A DNA stretch of 46,600 bases, taken from the NCBI GenBank assembly GCA_902551855.1, contig CACDER010000004.1, positions 1 to 46,600 of the forward strand, in the 5' to 3' direction. Below the pieces are notes generated by a model. The model did no database searches. It was given only the letters and a program-made list of their open reading frames with translations, and had not been told where the DNA came from. The translations under genes and the position numbers were made by a program. How positions within the stretch are numbered: the first letter of the stretch is position 1; each line of letters begins with the position of its first letter. Of the stretch, positions 1 to 9,498 are shown piece after piece. The DNA is from an uncultured Cryomorphaceae bacterium. Its GTDB lineage: Bacteria > Bacteroidota > Bacteroidia > Flavobacteriales > UBA7430.

Positions 1-570
1 TGTTTAGGGACGCCTGAATTAACTATTTTTGAAATGGTTGGTGCTTATTCAACATTTGTAAATAAAGGAGTTTATATTTCACCAATATTTTTAAATAGGA
101 TAGAGGATAAAAATGGAATTATTTTAGAGGAATTTTCAACCAAATCAAAAGAAGTTTTAAGCGAGGATAAAGCTTATGTGATGATTAATTTACTTAAAGG
201 AGTAATTAATGAAGGATCTGGTATTAGATTGAGATGGAAATATGGGTTTAAAAATGAAATTGCTGGTAAAACTGGTACAACTCAAAATCAATCTGATGGA
301 TGGTTTGTAGGTATGGTTCCAAATCTTGTAACTGGAGTATGGACTGGTGCTGAAGATAGAGCAGTTCATTTTAGAGATATTTCTTTGGGACAAGGAGCAA
401 ATATGTCTTTGCCAACTTGGGCTGAATTTATGAAAAAAGCTTATGAAGATAAAAGCCTGAATATTTCAAAATCTCCTTTCAATGAACCTCCAAATTTTTC
501 ATTTGAATTAGATTGTGATAATTTAGAAAATGGATTTAATAATTTTGATGAAGATATAATTGAATTTTAA
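1..570 (+). CDS. Penicillin-binding protein 1A family, C-terminal transpeptidase part (truncated at window start)
   Basis: Frame is open from base 1 (CLGTPELTIFEMVGAY...). Contains AGKTGTTQ (KTG motif) and DGWFVG, typical of class A PBPs. Confidence 0.9.
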   Translation, partial: CLGTPELTIFEMVGAYSTFVNKGVYISPIFLNRIEDKNGIILEEFSTKSKEVLSEDKAYVMINLLKGVINEGSGIRLRWKYGFKNEIAGKTGTTQNQSDGWFVGMVPNLVTGVWTGAEDRAVHFRDISLGQGANMSLPTWAEFMKKAYEDKSLNISKSPFNEPPNFSFELDCDNLENGFNNFDEDIIEF

Positions 571-572
571 TT

Positions 573-1281
573 ATGATTAATAAAAAAGTTAAAAATGTTC
601 AGATAGCGTTAGAAGGGGTAAAAAATGGTATGACTTTTATGCTTGGAGGGTTTGGTTTGTGTGGTATACCTGAAAATTGTATAAGTGAATTATTTAGAAG
701 AAATATTAAAGATATAACTTGTATTTCAAATAATGCAGGTGTTGATAATTTTGGTTTAGGTATTCTTTTAAAAAATCATCAAATTAAAAAAAATGATATC
801 TTCTTATGTTGGAGAAAATAGTGAGTTTGAAAAACAAATGCTAAATGGAGATTTAGATGTTGATTTAATTCCTCAAGGAAATCTCGCAGAAAGGTGCCGT
901 GCTGGAGGTGCAGGAATTCCAGCATTTTTTTCACCTTCAGGTTATGGTACTGAGGTAGCTAAGGGTAAAGAGATTAGGGTGTTTAATGGAAAAAATTATA
1001 TATTAGAAACTGCTCTGAATGCAGATTTTTCTTTTGTAAAAGCATGGAAAGGAGATGAGTCAGGAAATTTAATATATAAACATACTGCAAGAAATTTTAA
1101 TCCAATGATGGCAATGGCTGGTAAGATTACTGTTGCAGAAGTTGAGATTCTTCTTCCTGCTGGCAGTTTAGATCCTAATCAAATTCACACTCCTGGTATT
1201 TTTGTACAGAGAATATTTAAAGGAAAAAAATTTGAAAAAAGAATTGAAAAATTAACTTTTACAAAATATGGCTCTAACTAA
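573..1281 (+). CDS. scoA: Succinyl-CoA:3-oxoacid CoA transferase subunit A, split by a +1 frameshift in an A8 run (786-793)
   Basis: ORF 573-821 (GGFGLCGIPE, SNNAGVD) and ORF 793-1281 (ISSYVGEN, PQGNLAER, TARNFNP) are consecutive halves. Removing one A gives QIKKMISSY. Confidence 0.88.
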
Positions 1282-1933
1282 ATCTCAGATTGCTATTAGA
1301 ATTGCACAAGAATTAAAAGATGGATATTATGTTAATTTAGGTATAGGAATTCCAACACTTGTAGCAAATTATGTTTCATCAAATATTTCTATTGAATTTC
1401 ATTCAGAGAATGGAATTTTAGGTGTTGGGCCATATCCAATTAAAGGGAAAGAGGATGCTGATTTGATTAATGCTGGCAAAGAAACCATTACTTTCTCAAA
1501 AGGATCTGTTATTTTTGACTCTTCTACAAGCTTTAATATGATAAGAGGAAACCATGTTGACTTAACTATTTTAGGAGCTATGGAGGTTTCTCAAAATGGT
1601 GATATTGCCAATTGGAAAATTCCTGGTAAAATGGTTAAAGGTATGGGGGGAGCAATGGATTTAGTTGCATCTTCAAAAAATATTATTGTAGCAATGATGC
1701 ACAAAAGTAAATCTGGTAAATCAAAATTATTAAAAAAATGTAGTTTACCTTTAACAGGTGTTAACTGTGTTAAAAAAATTGTAACTGACCTAGGTGTATT
1801 TAATATAACAATCGATGGGAAGTTTAAATTAATTGAAAGAGCACCAAATGTTTCTATTTCAGAAATAGTTAAATTTACGGAGGGAGAACTTATAATAGAT
1901 AATAATATTCCAGAAATGGACCTAAATAGTTAA
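1268..1933 (+). CDS. scoB: 3-oxoacid CoA transferase subunit B
   Basis: VNLGIGIPT, SENG catalytic Glu motif, GMGGAMDLV; overlaps scoA end. Confidence 0.93.
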   Translation: MALTKSQIAIRIAQELKDGYYVNLGIGIPTLVANYVSSNISIEFHSENGILGVGPYPIKGKEDADLINAGKETITFSKGSVIFDSSTSFNMIRGNHVDLTILGAMEVSQNGDIANWKIPGKMVKGMGGAMDLVASSKNIIVAMMHKSKSGKSKLLKKCSLPLTGVNCVKKIVTDLGVFNITIDGKFKLIERAPNVSISEIVKFTEGELIIDNNIPEMDLNS

Positions 1934-2871
1934 ATCTTAGTAACTATTTTTTTAATTTTTTTTATTAATACATTTGAAAGTTTTTTGTATGATTCATGTG
2001 TTATTCCGGCAATATGAGGAGTAAATATAATGTTGTTTCTTTCAAATAACTTATCCATGTACTTAAATTTTGAGGTATTTTTTTCATAAAAAGAATTATC
2101 TTCAAACTCAAGTACATCAAGACATGCTCCCAATATTTTTTTTGAAATAATACCTTTATTAATTGTATTCATGTTGACAACTTTACCCCTTGAGGAATTA
2201 ATTATATAAAATGGTTTATTCATATTATCTAAAAAAATGTCATTAAAAAAATAATGATTACTTGAATTATAAGGAATATGTAGACTTATAATATCAGCCT
2301 GTTTATAAATTTCATCTAGCTTACATTCTATAACATATTTATTAGAAAAATTAGATTTAAATTTATCATATACCAAAATCTTACAATCAAACCCTGATAA
2401 GCATTTTGCAAAGGCGCTTCCTGTATTACCATAACCTAATATTCCAAAGGTTTTTCCACTTATCTCAATTCCAATATTTGACTTTCTGTCCCATATCTTA
2501 TTTTTTATTTGAAAATTAGCAGTATTAATTTTATTAAATAAAGTTAAAATCATTCCTATACAGTGCTCTGCAACAGCTTGTTTGTTGCCTTCTCCGGAAG
2601 AGATTATCTGAATATTTCTTTTTTTAGCTTCTATTAAATCAATATTTTCAAGGCCGGCTCCATATCTTGCAATAAATTTTAGATTTTTACAGCTTTTTAA
2701 AAAATTTATATCAATATTAATTCTTGAGCGAATGATTAATCCATCATATTTCCCAATCATATCTTTAATTTGAGAATAGTTTGAATCAAAATCTTCGAAA
2801 CAAGTCAATCCTAGTTTAGCTAATTCATTTTTAAGAGATAAATGTACTCTATCTATTATTAGTATTTTCAT
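1930..2871 (-). CDS. D-2-hydroxyacid dehydrogenase (SerA-like, no ACT domain)
   Basis: GAGLENID, GILGYGNTG Rossmann motif, NSSRG, LDVLEFE, TPHIAG. Confidence 0.9.
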   Translation of the reverse strand: MKILIIDRVHLSLKNELAKLGLTCFEDFDSNYSQIKDMIGKYDGLIIRSRINIDINFLKSCKNLKFIARYGAGLENIDLIEAKKRNIQIISSGEGNKQAVAEHCIGMILTLFNKINTANFQIKNKIWDRKSNIGIEISGKTFGILGYGNTGSAFAKCLSGFDCKILVYDKFKSNFSNKYVIECKLDEIYKQADIISLHIPYNSSNHYFFNDIFLDNMNKPFYIINSSRGKVVNMNTINKGIISKKILGACLDVLEFEDNSFYEKNTSKFKYMDKLFERNNIIFTPHIAGITHESYKKLSNVLIKKIKKIVTKI

Positions 2872-4218
2872 TTATTTCAAAAAATAATTACCTATTAAAA
2901 AGTATATATATAAACCTAGTATATCATTAACCGTAGTAATAAAAGGCCCAGTGGCTAGCGCAGGGTCAATGTTATATTTATGTAAAATTAGTGGTATTGA
3001 TGTTCCAAAAATTGAAGCAAATATAATTACAACCATCAAAGATAAACTAACAGTCAGATAGATATTTGATGAATACCCTAGTAAATACGTAATCACAATA
3101 ACTAATAAACAACATATTATTGAATTTACAAGAGCGACCAATAATTCCTTAAATAATTTTTTTGTTATAGATTCTAATTCAATACTGTTACTGGCTAGTC
3201 CTTGAACTATAATTGCGGCTGACTGTACTCCAACGTTACCCCCCATAGCAGCAATTAAGGGTGTAAAAAAAGCAAGTTCAATATTTTTTTTTAGGTCAAA
3301 AAATCCGATTATTTCAGCCCCAATTATGCCTCCAAATAATCCAATAATCAACCAAGGAATTCTAGCTCTTGTTATTGTAGCAATATTATCATTTGATTTA
3401 ACTGTTTCAGATATACCTGATGCCATATTATAGTCCTCCATAGCTTCTTCTTTAATAACATCAACAACATCGTCAATGGTTATTCTTCCAATGAGTCTTC
3501 CTAAATTATCAACAACAGGAATAACTACCAAATCATATTTTTCAATCATTATACTTACTTTTTCTCTATTTATGTTTTCCGATACATAAAAAATTTTTGA
3601 ATTGTAAATTTGTTTAATAATTTCACTTTCATCAGCCATTAAAAGTTTTTTTAATGACAATGTTCCTAAAAGTTTATTTTGGTTGTCTACTACATATATT
3701 GAATAAACCTTATCAATATTTTTGGTTTGTTTCCTCATCTCTCTCACACATCTTAAAACAGTCCAGTTTATATTAACTTTGATTAATTCTTTAGCCATAA
3801 GAGATCCTGCTGAATTTTCGTCGTAAGTTAGTAAGCTTTTAATATTTTTTGCCTGATCAACATCTTCAATATGCGATAATACCTCCTTTTTTTTTGTTAA
3901 GGAAAGCTTAGAGATTATGTTTGTAGCGTCATCAGATTCTAAATTTTCAATTAATTTTTCAGCAATTTCTTTTGAGGAGAGATTTTTTAAAATGTAGTTT
4001 TGTACTTCGTCTTCCAATTCAAGTAATATTTCTGCAGATTTCTCGGAACTAAATATTTGGAATAAGGTATTTCTATTGTGAGAATCTAGTTTATGGATAA
4101 TTGACGCAATATCTGCGGGATGATATCCCGCCATCATTTTTTTTATTACTCCTAATTCATTTTTTTTTAATTTTATTGAAATATTCGTAATTAATTCTTT
4201 AGTTAAATTAAAATTCAT
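2872..4218 (-). CDS. mgtE: Magnesium transporter MgtE
   Basis: HPADIA N-domain, CBS pair, RIPWL, AMGGNVGVQS, DPALATGPFITTVND. Confidence 0.95.
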   Translation of the reverse strand: MNFNLTKELITNISIKLKKNELGVIKKMMAGYHPADIASIIHKLDSHNRNTLFQIFSSEKSAEILLELEDEVQNYILKNLSSKEIAEKLIENLESDDATNIISKLSLTKKKEVLSHIEDVDQAKNIKSLLTYDENSAGSLMAKELIKVNINWTVLRCVREMRKQTKNIDKVYSIYVVDNQNKLLGTLSLKKLLMADESEIIKQIYNSKIFYVSENINREKVSIMIEKYDLVVIPVVDNLGRLIGRITIDDVVDVIKEEAMEDYNMASGISETVKSNDNIATITRARIPWLIIGLFGGIIGAEIIGFFDLKKNIELAFFTPLIAAMGGNVGVQSAAIIVQGLASNSIELESITKKLFKELLVALVNSIICCLLVIVITYLLGYSSNIYLTVSLSLMVVIIFASIFGTSIPLILHKYNIDPALATGPFITTVNDILGLYIYFLIGNYFLK

Positions 4219-4985
4219 GACAAATTATTTTCAATTAGATTTGTAAGATAAATAAAATCCTCAACACTTAAATTTTCAGCTCTTAAAGATAGTAAGGGAG
4301 AATTGATTTTGTTAACAAAACTTGGATCAAGTGTATTTTTTATTTTTTTTCTTCTTTTATTGAAAGTTGACTTAATAATTGATTTGAATAATTTTTCATT
4401 ACAATGAATTTTTTTTCTTCTATTCCTTTTAAATAAAAGTACTCCAGATTTCACTCTAGGTATAGGGTAAAAAGAATTTTCATTTACAGTAAATTTATAT
4501 TCGATATCGTAATAAGTTTGCATAAGTACTGATAAAATTCCATAATTTTTCGAATTTGGTGGACTTGAAATTCTTTCAGCAACCTCTTTTTGAAACATTC
4601 CAACAATTTCATTAACTTGACAGTTATTGTTATATAAACTGAATAAAATTTGGCTGGAAATATTGTAAGGGAAATTACCTATTATTGCAACTGATTTTGA
4701 AGCTAATAAATTAATATCAAAATTTAAAAAATTATATTCATAAATATTTTCTGATATGGTGGGATATTTTATTTTTAAATATTTAATGGATTCTTTATCA
4801 ATATCTATAAAATAACTTTTACATTTAAGCTTTATAATGTTTTTAGTTAATGCACCTGTTCCAGGACCTACTTCAATTATTGTATCATAATTTTTAAGTG
4901 TTAATAGATCAACAATCTTTTGGGAAATTTTTTGATCTGTTAAAAAATGTTGACCAAATTTTTTCTTTGGTTTAATTAATTTCAC
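4215..4985 (-). CDS. rsmA: 16S rRNA m6,2A1518/1519 dimethyltransferase (GTG start)
   Basis: KKFGQHFL, EVGPGTG, GNFPYNIS, MFQKEVAERI. Confidence 0.95.
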   Translation of the reverse strand: MKLIKPKKKFGQHFLTDQKISQKIVDLLTLKNYDTIIEVGPGTGALTKNIIKLKCKSYFIDIDKESIKYLKIKYPTISENIYEYNFLNFDINLLASKSVAIIGNFPYNISSQILFSLYNNNCQVNEIVGMFQKEVAERISSPPNSKNYGILSVLMQTYYDIEYKFTVNENSFYPIPRVKSGVLLFKRNRRKKIHCNEKLFKSIIKSTFNKRRKKIKNTLDPSFVNKINSPLLSLRAENLSVEDFIYLTNLIENNLS

Positions 4986-6788
4986 TTAATATTCATTTAA
5001 AATTCTATATCTTTTTTTTGATTCAGTTATAAAAAAACTATCGTCATAGTCAGTTATAATTTTTTCATATACTAAAATAGCTAATTCGTAATCTTTTAGA
5101 AAATTTTCAGCAATTTTTGCTTTTGCAAATAAGGCATCGTCAGCTATTATATCATAAGGGTAAAAAGTTATAATTTGATCAAGAATTTCAATTGCATGTA
5201 TATACTTCTTTTCTTTAAGTCTAATTTTGTGTTGTAAAAATAAAGCCTCATCAACTAGTGAATGATTAGGATAGTTTATTATAATACTATCTAAAATATT
5301 AAATGAATCAAATAATTTATTTTGAAAAAATAATAAATCGGCTTTTGAAAAAAGACTCATTGTAACATTTGTAGTATCTAAATTTAAATTGTCTTGGATT
5401 AATAACGAAAGATGCATTGCATCATTAGCAATAAGTTTAGAAGTTGATTTTTTTAGAACATCCAGCTGTGCTTGAGCCCATTCAAATTCTCCATTATAAT
5501 ATGATATTTTCGCTCTTTTAAATTTAGCTAAATGTCCAATTTTATCATTTCTAAATGAATTTTGAACTTGAGAGTAAACAATGATTGCGTCCCAGATTTT
5601 ATTGTCTAAGAGTAAAATATCACCAAGTAAGATTTTACATTTTGCCAATGATTCATTTTTTATATTGGGTATGCTTAGTGTTTTTTTTATGGTATTAGTT
5701 GCATTTTCAATATTATGAATATAAAAAGCTTGAATTTCTGCTAAATTTTTTATTATGAATACTGAATTTTTATTTTCTCCAATTGTTTTAATAGTCTCTA
5801 TATATTCAGATTCAAGTTTAATCCACAAATTTTTATTTAGTAAGTTTTCGTCTTTTAATTTTTCATATTTTGTTTTTAACTTTAAGAAATTAGCTTCGTA
5901 AAAAAAATCTGAATTTCTTCCTTCGTCATGGTAGTAATTGAAACACATAATTGCATTTTCGTAATCATCATTTTCAAGACAGATTTTACCTAAGTCAAAA
6001 ATTTCATTTTGATTTAAATTATTCTTTAAGTCCAAGGATTTCATCAATTCAAAGGCCGCTAAAAAGTTTTTTTCTTGAATATATAACCATATAAGAATAT
6101 TAAATACATCACTATTCTCATGATTTAAAGATATACTTATCAGTTTTTCTTTTAATATAACATTATTTTCGCTTTCAGAGTCCTCTGTAGTTGTTCTTTT
6201 GAAAATATTTTTGACATTTTGAAGATATTCTTTATTAGTAATAATTAATCTTATATAATTTTCGTACATTAAATCTAATTTACCCATTTCTCCATAAATT
6301 CTAGCAATATGATATCTCAGGTTAGATCTATTTGTATTTTGAAGTGCAATTTGATATACTTTTAAAGTTAACTCTAGATAATTATATTTTTTAAATCTAT
6401 TTGCTATGAGGTTTATTCTTTGGAAATTATTTTCGATAATATTCATAACTTCATTAAAAATTTTAGACGATTTTTTTGTTTGATCTTTTAAATTATAAAT
6501 ATGCCCAAGGTCAACTAATACAGAGGTATTATTTTTTTTAAACTTATAATATTTGAGACAGAGTCTTTCAGCGTTATCGAGCTCATTTAAATTAATGTAG
6601 CAATCTAATAATTTTTCATAAAACTTATAAATTTTATTTTTGGTATAAAGATTATAATATATTTCTTTTGCTTGATTATATAAGTTTGAATTAAAATAAT
6701 TTTTTGCCATATTTTCATCTAAATTCTGTTGACTCAACAAAATATTTGATATAGAAAATAATAATAAAATTAATTTTAGTTTACTCAT
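4986..6788 (-). CDS. Exported tetratricopeptide-repeat protein
   Basis: Signal peptide, repeated TPR-like helices, C-terminal TSKLIANDA and IIADDALF segments; usual neighbour of rsmA in Flavobacteriales. Confidence 0.8.
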   Translation of the reverse strand: MSKLKLILLLFSISNILLSQQNLDENMAKNYFNSNLYNQAKEIYYNLYTKNKIYKFYEKLLDCYINLNELDNAERLCLKYYKFKKNNTSVLVDLGHIYNLKDQTKKSSKIFNEVMNIIENNFQRINLIANRFKKYNYLELTLKVYQIALQNTNRSNLRYHIARIYGEMGKLDLMYENYIRLIITNKEYLQNVKNIFKRTTTEDSESENNVILKEKLISISLNHENSDVFNILIWLYIQEKNFLAAFELMKSLDLKNNLNQNEIFDLGKICLENDDYENAIMCFNYYHDEGRNSDFFYEANFLKLKTKYEKLKDENLLNKNLWIKLESEYIETIKTIGENKNSVFIIKNLAEIQAFYIHNIENATNTIKKTLSIPNIKNESLAKCKILLGDILLLDNKIWDAIIVYSQVQNSFRNDKIGHLAKFKRAKISYYNGEFEWAQAQLDVLKKSTSKLIANDAMHLSLLIQDNLNLDTTNVTMSLFSKADLLFFQNKLFDSFNILDSIIINYPNHSLVDEALFLQHKIRLKEKKYIHAIEILDQIITFYPYDIIADDALFAKAKIAENFLKDYELAILVYEKIITDYDDSFFITESKKRYRILNEY

Positions 6789-7420
6789 TATTTAGATTGT
6801 GAATTGTTGATTTGTATAAAAATACCATCAAGTTTGTTATCCATTTTTTTAAAACTTAAAATTGAACTATCAAGCTTAATTGATAATTTATTAATAAACG
6901 TAGTATTTTGAAGAATAATTTTATTTTCATCTATTAAAAATTTTTCAAATTCATATTTATTAAGGTAATCCCATTTTAAGTCATTAAATAAATTATTCAC
7001 TTGAGTTTTTGAAAAAATTACTTTTTCGTTAAGACTGGAAAATTCTTCTTTAAGTTTAATAAAATTTGATCTAAAATTAGAGTATTTTATTAAAGTTTCA
7101 TCAGTCCAATAATAATTAATTGATTTGAAAATAGGTTTATCTAGAAAAATAAGTTTACTATCGATTTCAGATATTTTATCAATTAACAAAAAATTTAACA
7201 TTTTAATATTTTGAGATTGTATATCAATTGTTGAAATCATTTTCTTAACTTCATTTTCTTCTCTCTGAAATTTAAAATTACATGAAAAAAAAAATATACA
7301 AATCAGAAAAATTTTTTTAAATAATTTAAAGTTTGTAAAATTTAAATTGATGTATTCAAAATTAAATTTCAGAAAATCCACAGTATGAATGAAGAATCTT
7401 GGGTATAAAAATTTTTTCAT
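6788..7420 (-). CDS. Hypothetical helical protein, possible lipoprotein; start uncertain
   Basis: 210-codon open frame abutting the TPR gene. KKIFLICIFFFSC resembles a lipoprotein signal, but the only upstream ATG lies inside serS. Confidence 0.55.
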   Translation of the reverse strand: MKKFLYPRFFIHTVDFLKFNFEYINLNFTNFKLFKKIFLICIFFFSCNFKFQREENEVKKMISTIDIQSQNIKMLNFLLIDKISEIDSKLIFLDKPIFKSINYYWTDETLIKYSNFRSNFIKLKEEFSSLNEKVIFSKTQVNNLFNDLKWDYLNKYEFEKFLIDENKIILQNTTFINKLSIKLDSSILSFKKMDNKLDGIFIQINNSQSK

Positions 7421-8630
7421 TTATTTGGTTATTTTCTAATATTGCTGCAATTATTCTTGGAAGAGCCAGTGATGAGCCATTTAAAGTATGACAGAATTCA
7501 ATTTTATTTTCTTTATTTTTAAATCTAAGTTTTAATCTATTAGCTTGAAAATCCTCAAAATTTGAGACTGAACTAACTTCTAACCATTTTTTTTGTGCTG
7601 CAGAAAATACTTCAAAATCATAAGTAATCGACGAAGCAAAACTCGTATCTCCCCCACACAATTTTAATATTCTATATGGAAGATTTAGCTCACTTAAAAT
7701 TGCTGATATATGATCAATCATTGAATGAAGGCTCGTTTGAGAATTTGAGGGCTTATCAATTTTTACTATTTCAACTTTATCAAATTGATGAAGTCTGTTT
7801 AGCCCTCTAACATTTTTTCCATACGAACCTGCCTCTCTTCTGAAACAAGGAGTATAAGCAGTTAAATTAATTGGCAAATCTTTTTCCTTTATAATTTTAT
7901 TTTTATATAAATTTGTCAAAGGGACTTCAGCTGTTGGAATTAAGTATAAATTGTCTTCTTTTACGAAGTACATTTGACCGTCTTTATCAGGTAGTTGCCC
8001 CGTTCCAAATGCAGAATTTTCGTTTACAACTATAGGTGGCGAGATTTCTTTATAACCAGCATTTATATTTTTGTCTAAAAAATAATTTATTAGTCCTCTT
8101 TGAAGTTTTGCACCTTTACCTATGAACACAGGAAATCCAGTACCAGTAATATTAACCCCATTTTCAAAATCTATTATATTTTTATTGACTGCGATTTCCC
8201 AATGGGGCTTTGCATTATTATCTAAGGTGGGTATTTCCCCTTTTTGAAAAATAATTTCATTGTTGAGTTCGTTATTTCCCTGAGGGACTGAAGAATTAGG
8301 TATATTAGGAATTAACACTAACTTACTTTTAATTAATTTCTGAGTTTTTTTTAAAGATTCAGTTAAATCCTTAGACTGTTCTTTCAGAGATAAAGTTGTA
8401 TTTTTTTTTGAATTGGCAAGGTTTACATTACCATTCTTAAAATCATTACCTATTTCTTTTGATAAATTATTAATTTTATTTAAAGTTTGATCTAAGTTTG
8501 TTTGGATTTTTTTTCTCTTTTCATCAAGAATAATCAGTTCATTAATCAAATCTTTTGCATCAAAATTTTTTATTTTAAGAAGTTTAATTGATTTTAATTT
8601 GTTTTGGCTTAAAAATGATAAATTTAACAT
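7362..8630 (-). CDS. serS: Serine--tRNA ligase
   Basis: GTGQLP, LIPTAEVP, CFRREAGSYG, RLHQFDKVE, EVSSVSN, HTLNGS. Confidence 0.97.
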   Translation of the reverse strand: MLNLSFLSQNKLKSIKLLKIKNFDAKDLINELIILDEKRKKIQTNLDQTLNKINNLSKEIGNDFKNGNVNLANSKKNTTLSLKEQSKDLTESLKKTQKLIKSKLVLIPNIPNSSVPQGNNELNNEIIFQKGEIPTLDNNAKPHWEIAVNKNIIDFENGVNITGTGFPVFIGKGAKLQRGLINYFLDKNINAGYKEISPPIVVNENSAFGTGQLPDKDGQMYFVKEDNLYLIPTAEVPLTNLYKNKIIKEKDLPINLTAYTPCFRREAGSYGKNVRGLNRLHQFDKVEIVKIDKPSNSQTSLHSMIDHISAILSELNLPYRILKLCGGDTSFASSITYDFEVFSAAQKKWLEVSSVSNFEDFQANRLKLRFKNKENKIEFCHTLNGSSLALPRIIAAILENNQINEKIFIPKILHSYCGFSEI

Positions 8631-8649
8631 AGTATTGTAAATAAAATCT

Positions 8650-8677
8650 AAAAAAAAAAGCCATTAATGTAATGGCT
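8650..8677 (-). terminator. Intrinsic terminator after rplU-rpmA
   Basis: Minus strand AGCCATTA-CAT-TAATGGCT, a perfect 8-bp stem followed by about 9 T, starting 22 nt after the rpmA stop. Confidence 0.75.
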
Positions 8678-8699
8678 CTATAATATTAGGGTAATGTAA

Positions 8700-8960
8700 T
8701 CATTTAGAAAAGGGTAAAATATTAACAAAAGATTTATTATTTCTTTTTTTAATGAATTGGATTGTTCCATTACATAAAGCAAATAAAGTATGATCTTTCC
8801 CCATACCTACGTTGTTGCCTGGATTGTGTTTTGTACCTCTTTGTCTGACAATAATGTTACCAGAAGTAACTTTTTGACCACCAAATATTTTTATACCAAG
8901 TCGTTTTGATTCTGATTCTCTTCCATTTTTGGAACTACCTACACCTTTTTTATGAGCCAT
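8700..8960 (-). CDS. rpmA: 50S ribosomal protein L27
   Basis: [35 protein letters not shown]. Confidence 0.98.
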   Translation of the reverse strand: MAHKKGVGSSKNGRESESKRLGIKIFGGQKVTSGNIIVRQRGTKHNPGNNVGMGKDHTLFALCNGTIQFIKKRNNKSFVNILPFSK

Positions 8961-8980
8961 AATTTAAAATTTAGTTTGTA

Positions 8981-9439
8981 TTATTTATTTTTAGCAGTTG
9001 TTTTTTTCGTAGCAGTTGTTTTTTTCGTAGCAGTTGTTTTTTTAGCAGCAGTTGTTTTTTTAGCAGCAGTTGCTTTGTCGTCAATACCAGCCTTATTCAA
9101 AATTTCATTCTTAGTTTTAGAGCTGTCACTTGTACTTATTTTATTGATTGAAATTTCTGTTAGATATTGTCTATGTCCATTTTTTACTTTGTAACCTTTT
9201 CTTCTTTTTTTCTTGAAAACAATAACTTTATCACCTTTAAAGTGTTTAATTACTTTTGCAGTAACACTTGCTCCACTTAATATTGGATTGCCTAAACTTA
9301 TTTTATTATTGTTATCAATTAATAGTACTTTGTCAAATTTGATATTAGATCCAACTTCTTGATCAATCCTGTTTACAAATAATGATTGTTTATTTTCAAC
9401 TTTGTATTGATATCCTAAAATTTCTACAATTGCATACAT
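8981..9439 (-). CDS. rplU: 50S ribosomal protein L21 with Lys/Ala/Thr-rich C-terminal tail
   Basis: MYAIVEI...QYKV, KVIVFKKKRRKGY..NGHRQ. Start set to ATG 9439 because TTG 9466 lies within the promoter box. Confidence 0.96.
   Translation of the reverse strand: MYAIVEILGYQYKVENKQSLFVNRIDQEVGSNIKFDKVLLIDNNNKISLGNPILSGASVTAKVIKHFKGDKVIVFKKKRRKGYKVKNGHRQYLTEISINKISTSDSSKTKNEILNKAGIDDKATAAKKTTAAKKTTATKKTTATKKTTAKNK
8993..9072. repeat. In-frame 18-bp tandem repeat (about 4.4 copies) in the rplU tail
   Basis: AGCAGTTGTTTTTTT(CGT/AGC) units start at 8993, 9011, 9029 and 9047, with a partial unit at 9065; encodes (A/T)KKTTA. Confidence 0.95.
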
Positions 9440-9463
9440 CTTATTTTTCTTTAATTTGGTTTG

Positions 9464-9471
9464 CAAAAGTA
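9464..9471 (-). promoter_or_regulatory. Bacteroidota housekeeping -7 promoter box for rplU-rpmA
   Basis: Minus strand TACTTTTG matches TAnnTTTG, 24 nt upstream of the ATG. Confidence 0.7.
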
Positions 9472-9498
9472 AATAATATTAATTAACAATCAAATATA

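Noticed and set aside
190-393. Short shadow ORFs (also 12498, 14387, 16435, 17594, 19106, 20890, 21005, 22673, 24263, 25422, 26016, 26700, 31600, 34738, 35050, 36231, 38323, 39940, 44624)
   Set aside because: All lie antisense or out of frame within well-supported genes and show no recognisable motifs.
8993-9072. Repeat as a possible CRISPR array
   Set aside because: No spacers, in-frame within rplU, and no cas genes in the window.
8952-9194. 80-aa hydrophobic repeat ORF (AVVFF...) on the + strand
   Set aside because: It is the antisense reading of the rplU Lys/Thr/Ala repeat; no independent evidence of coding.
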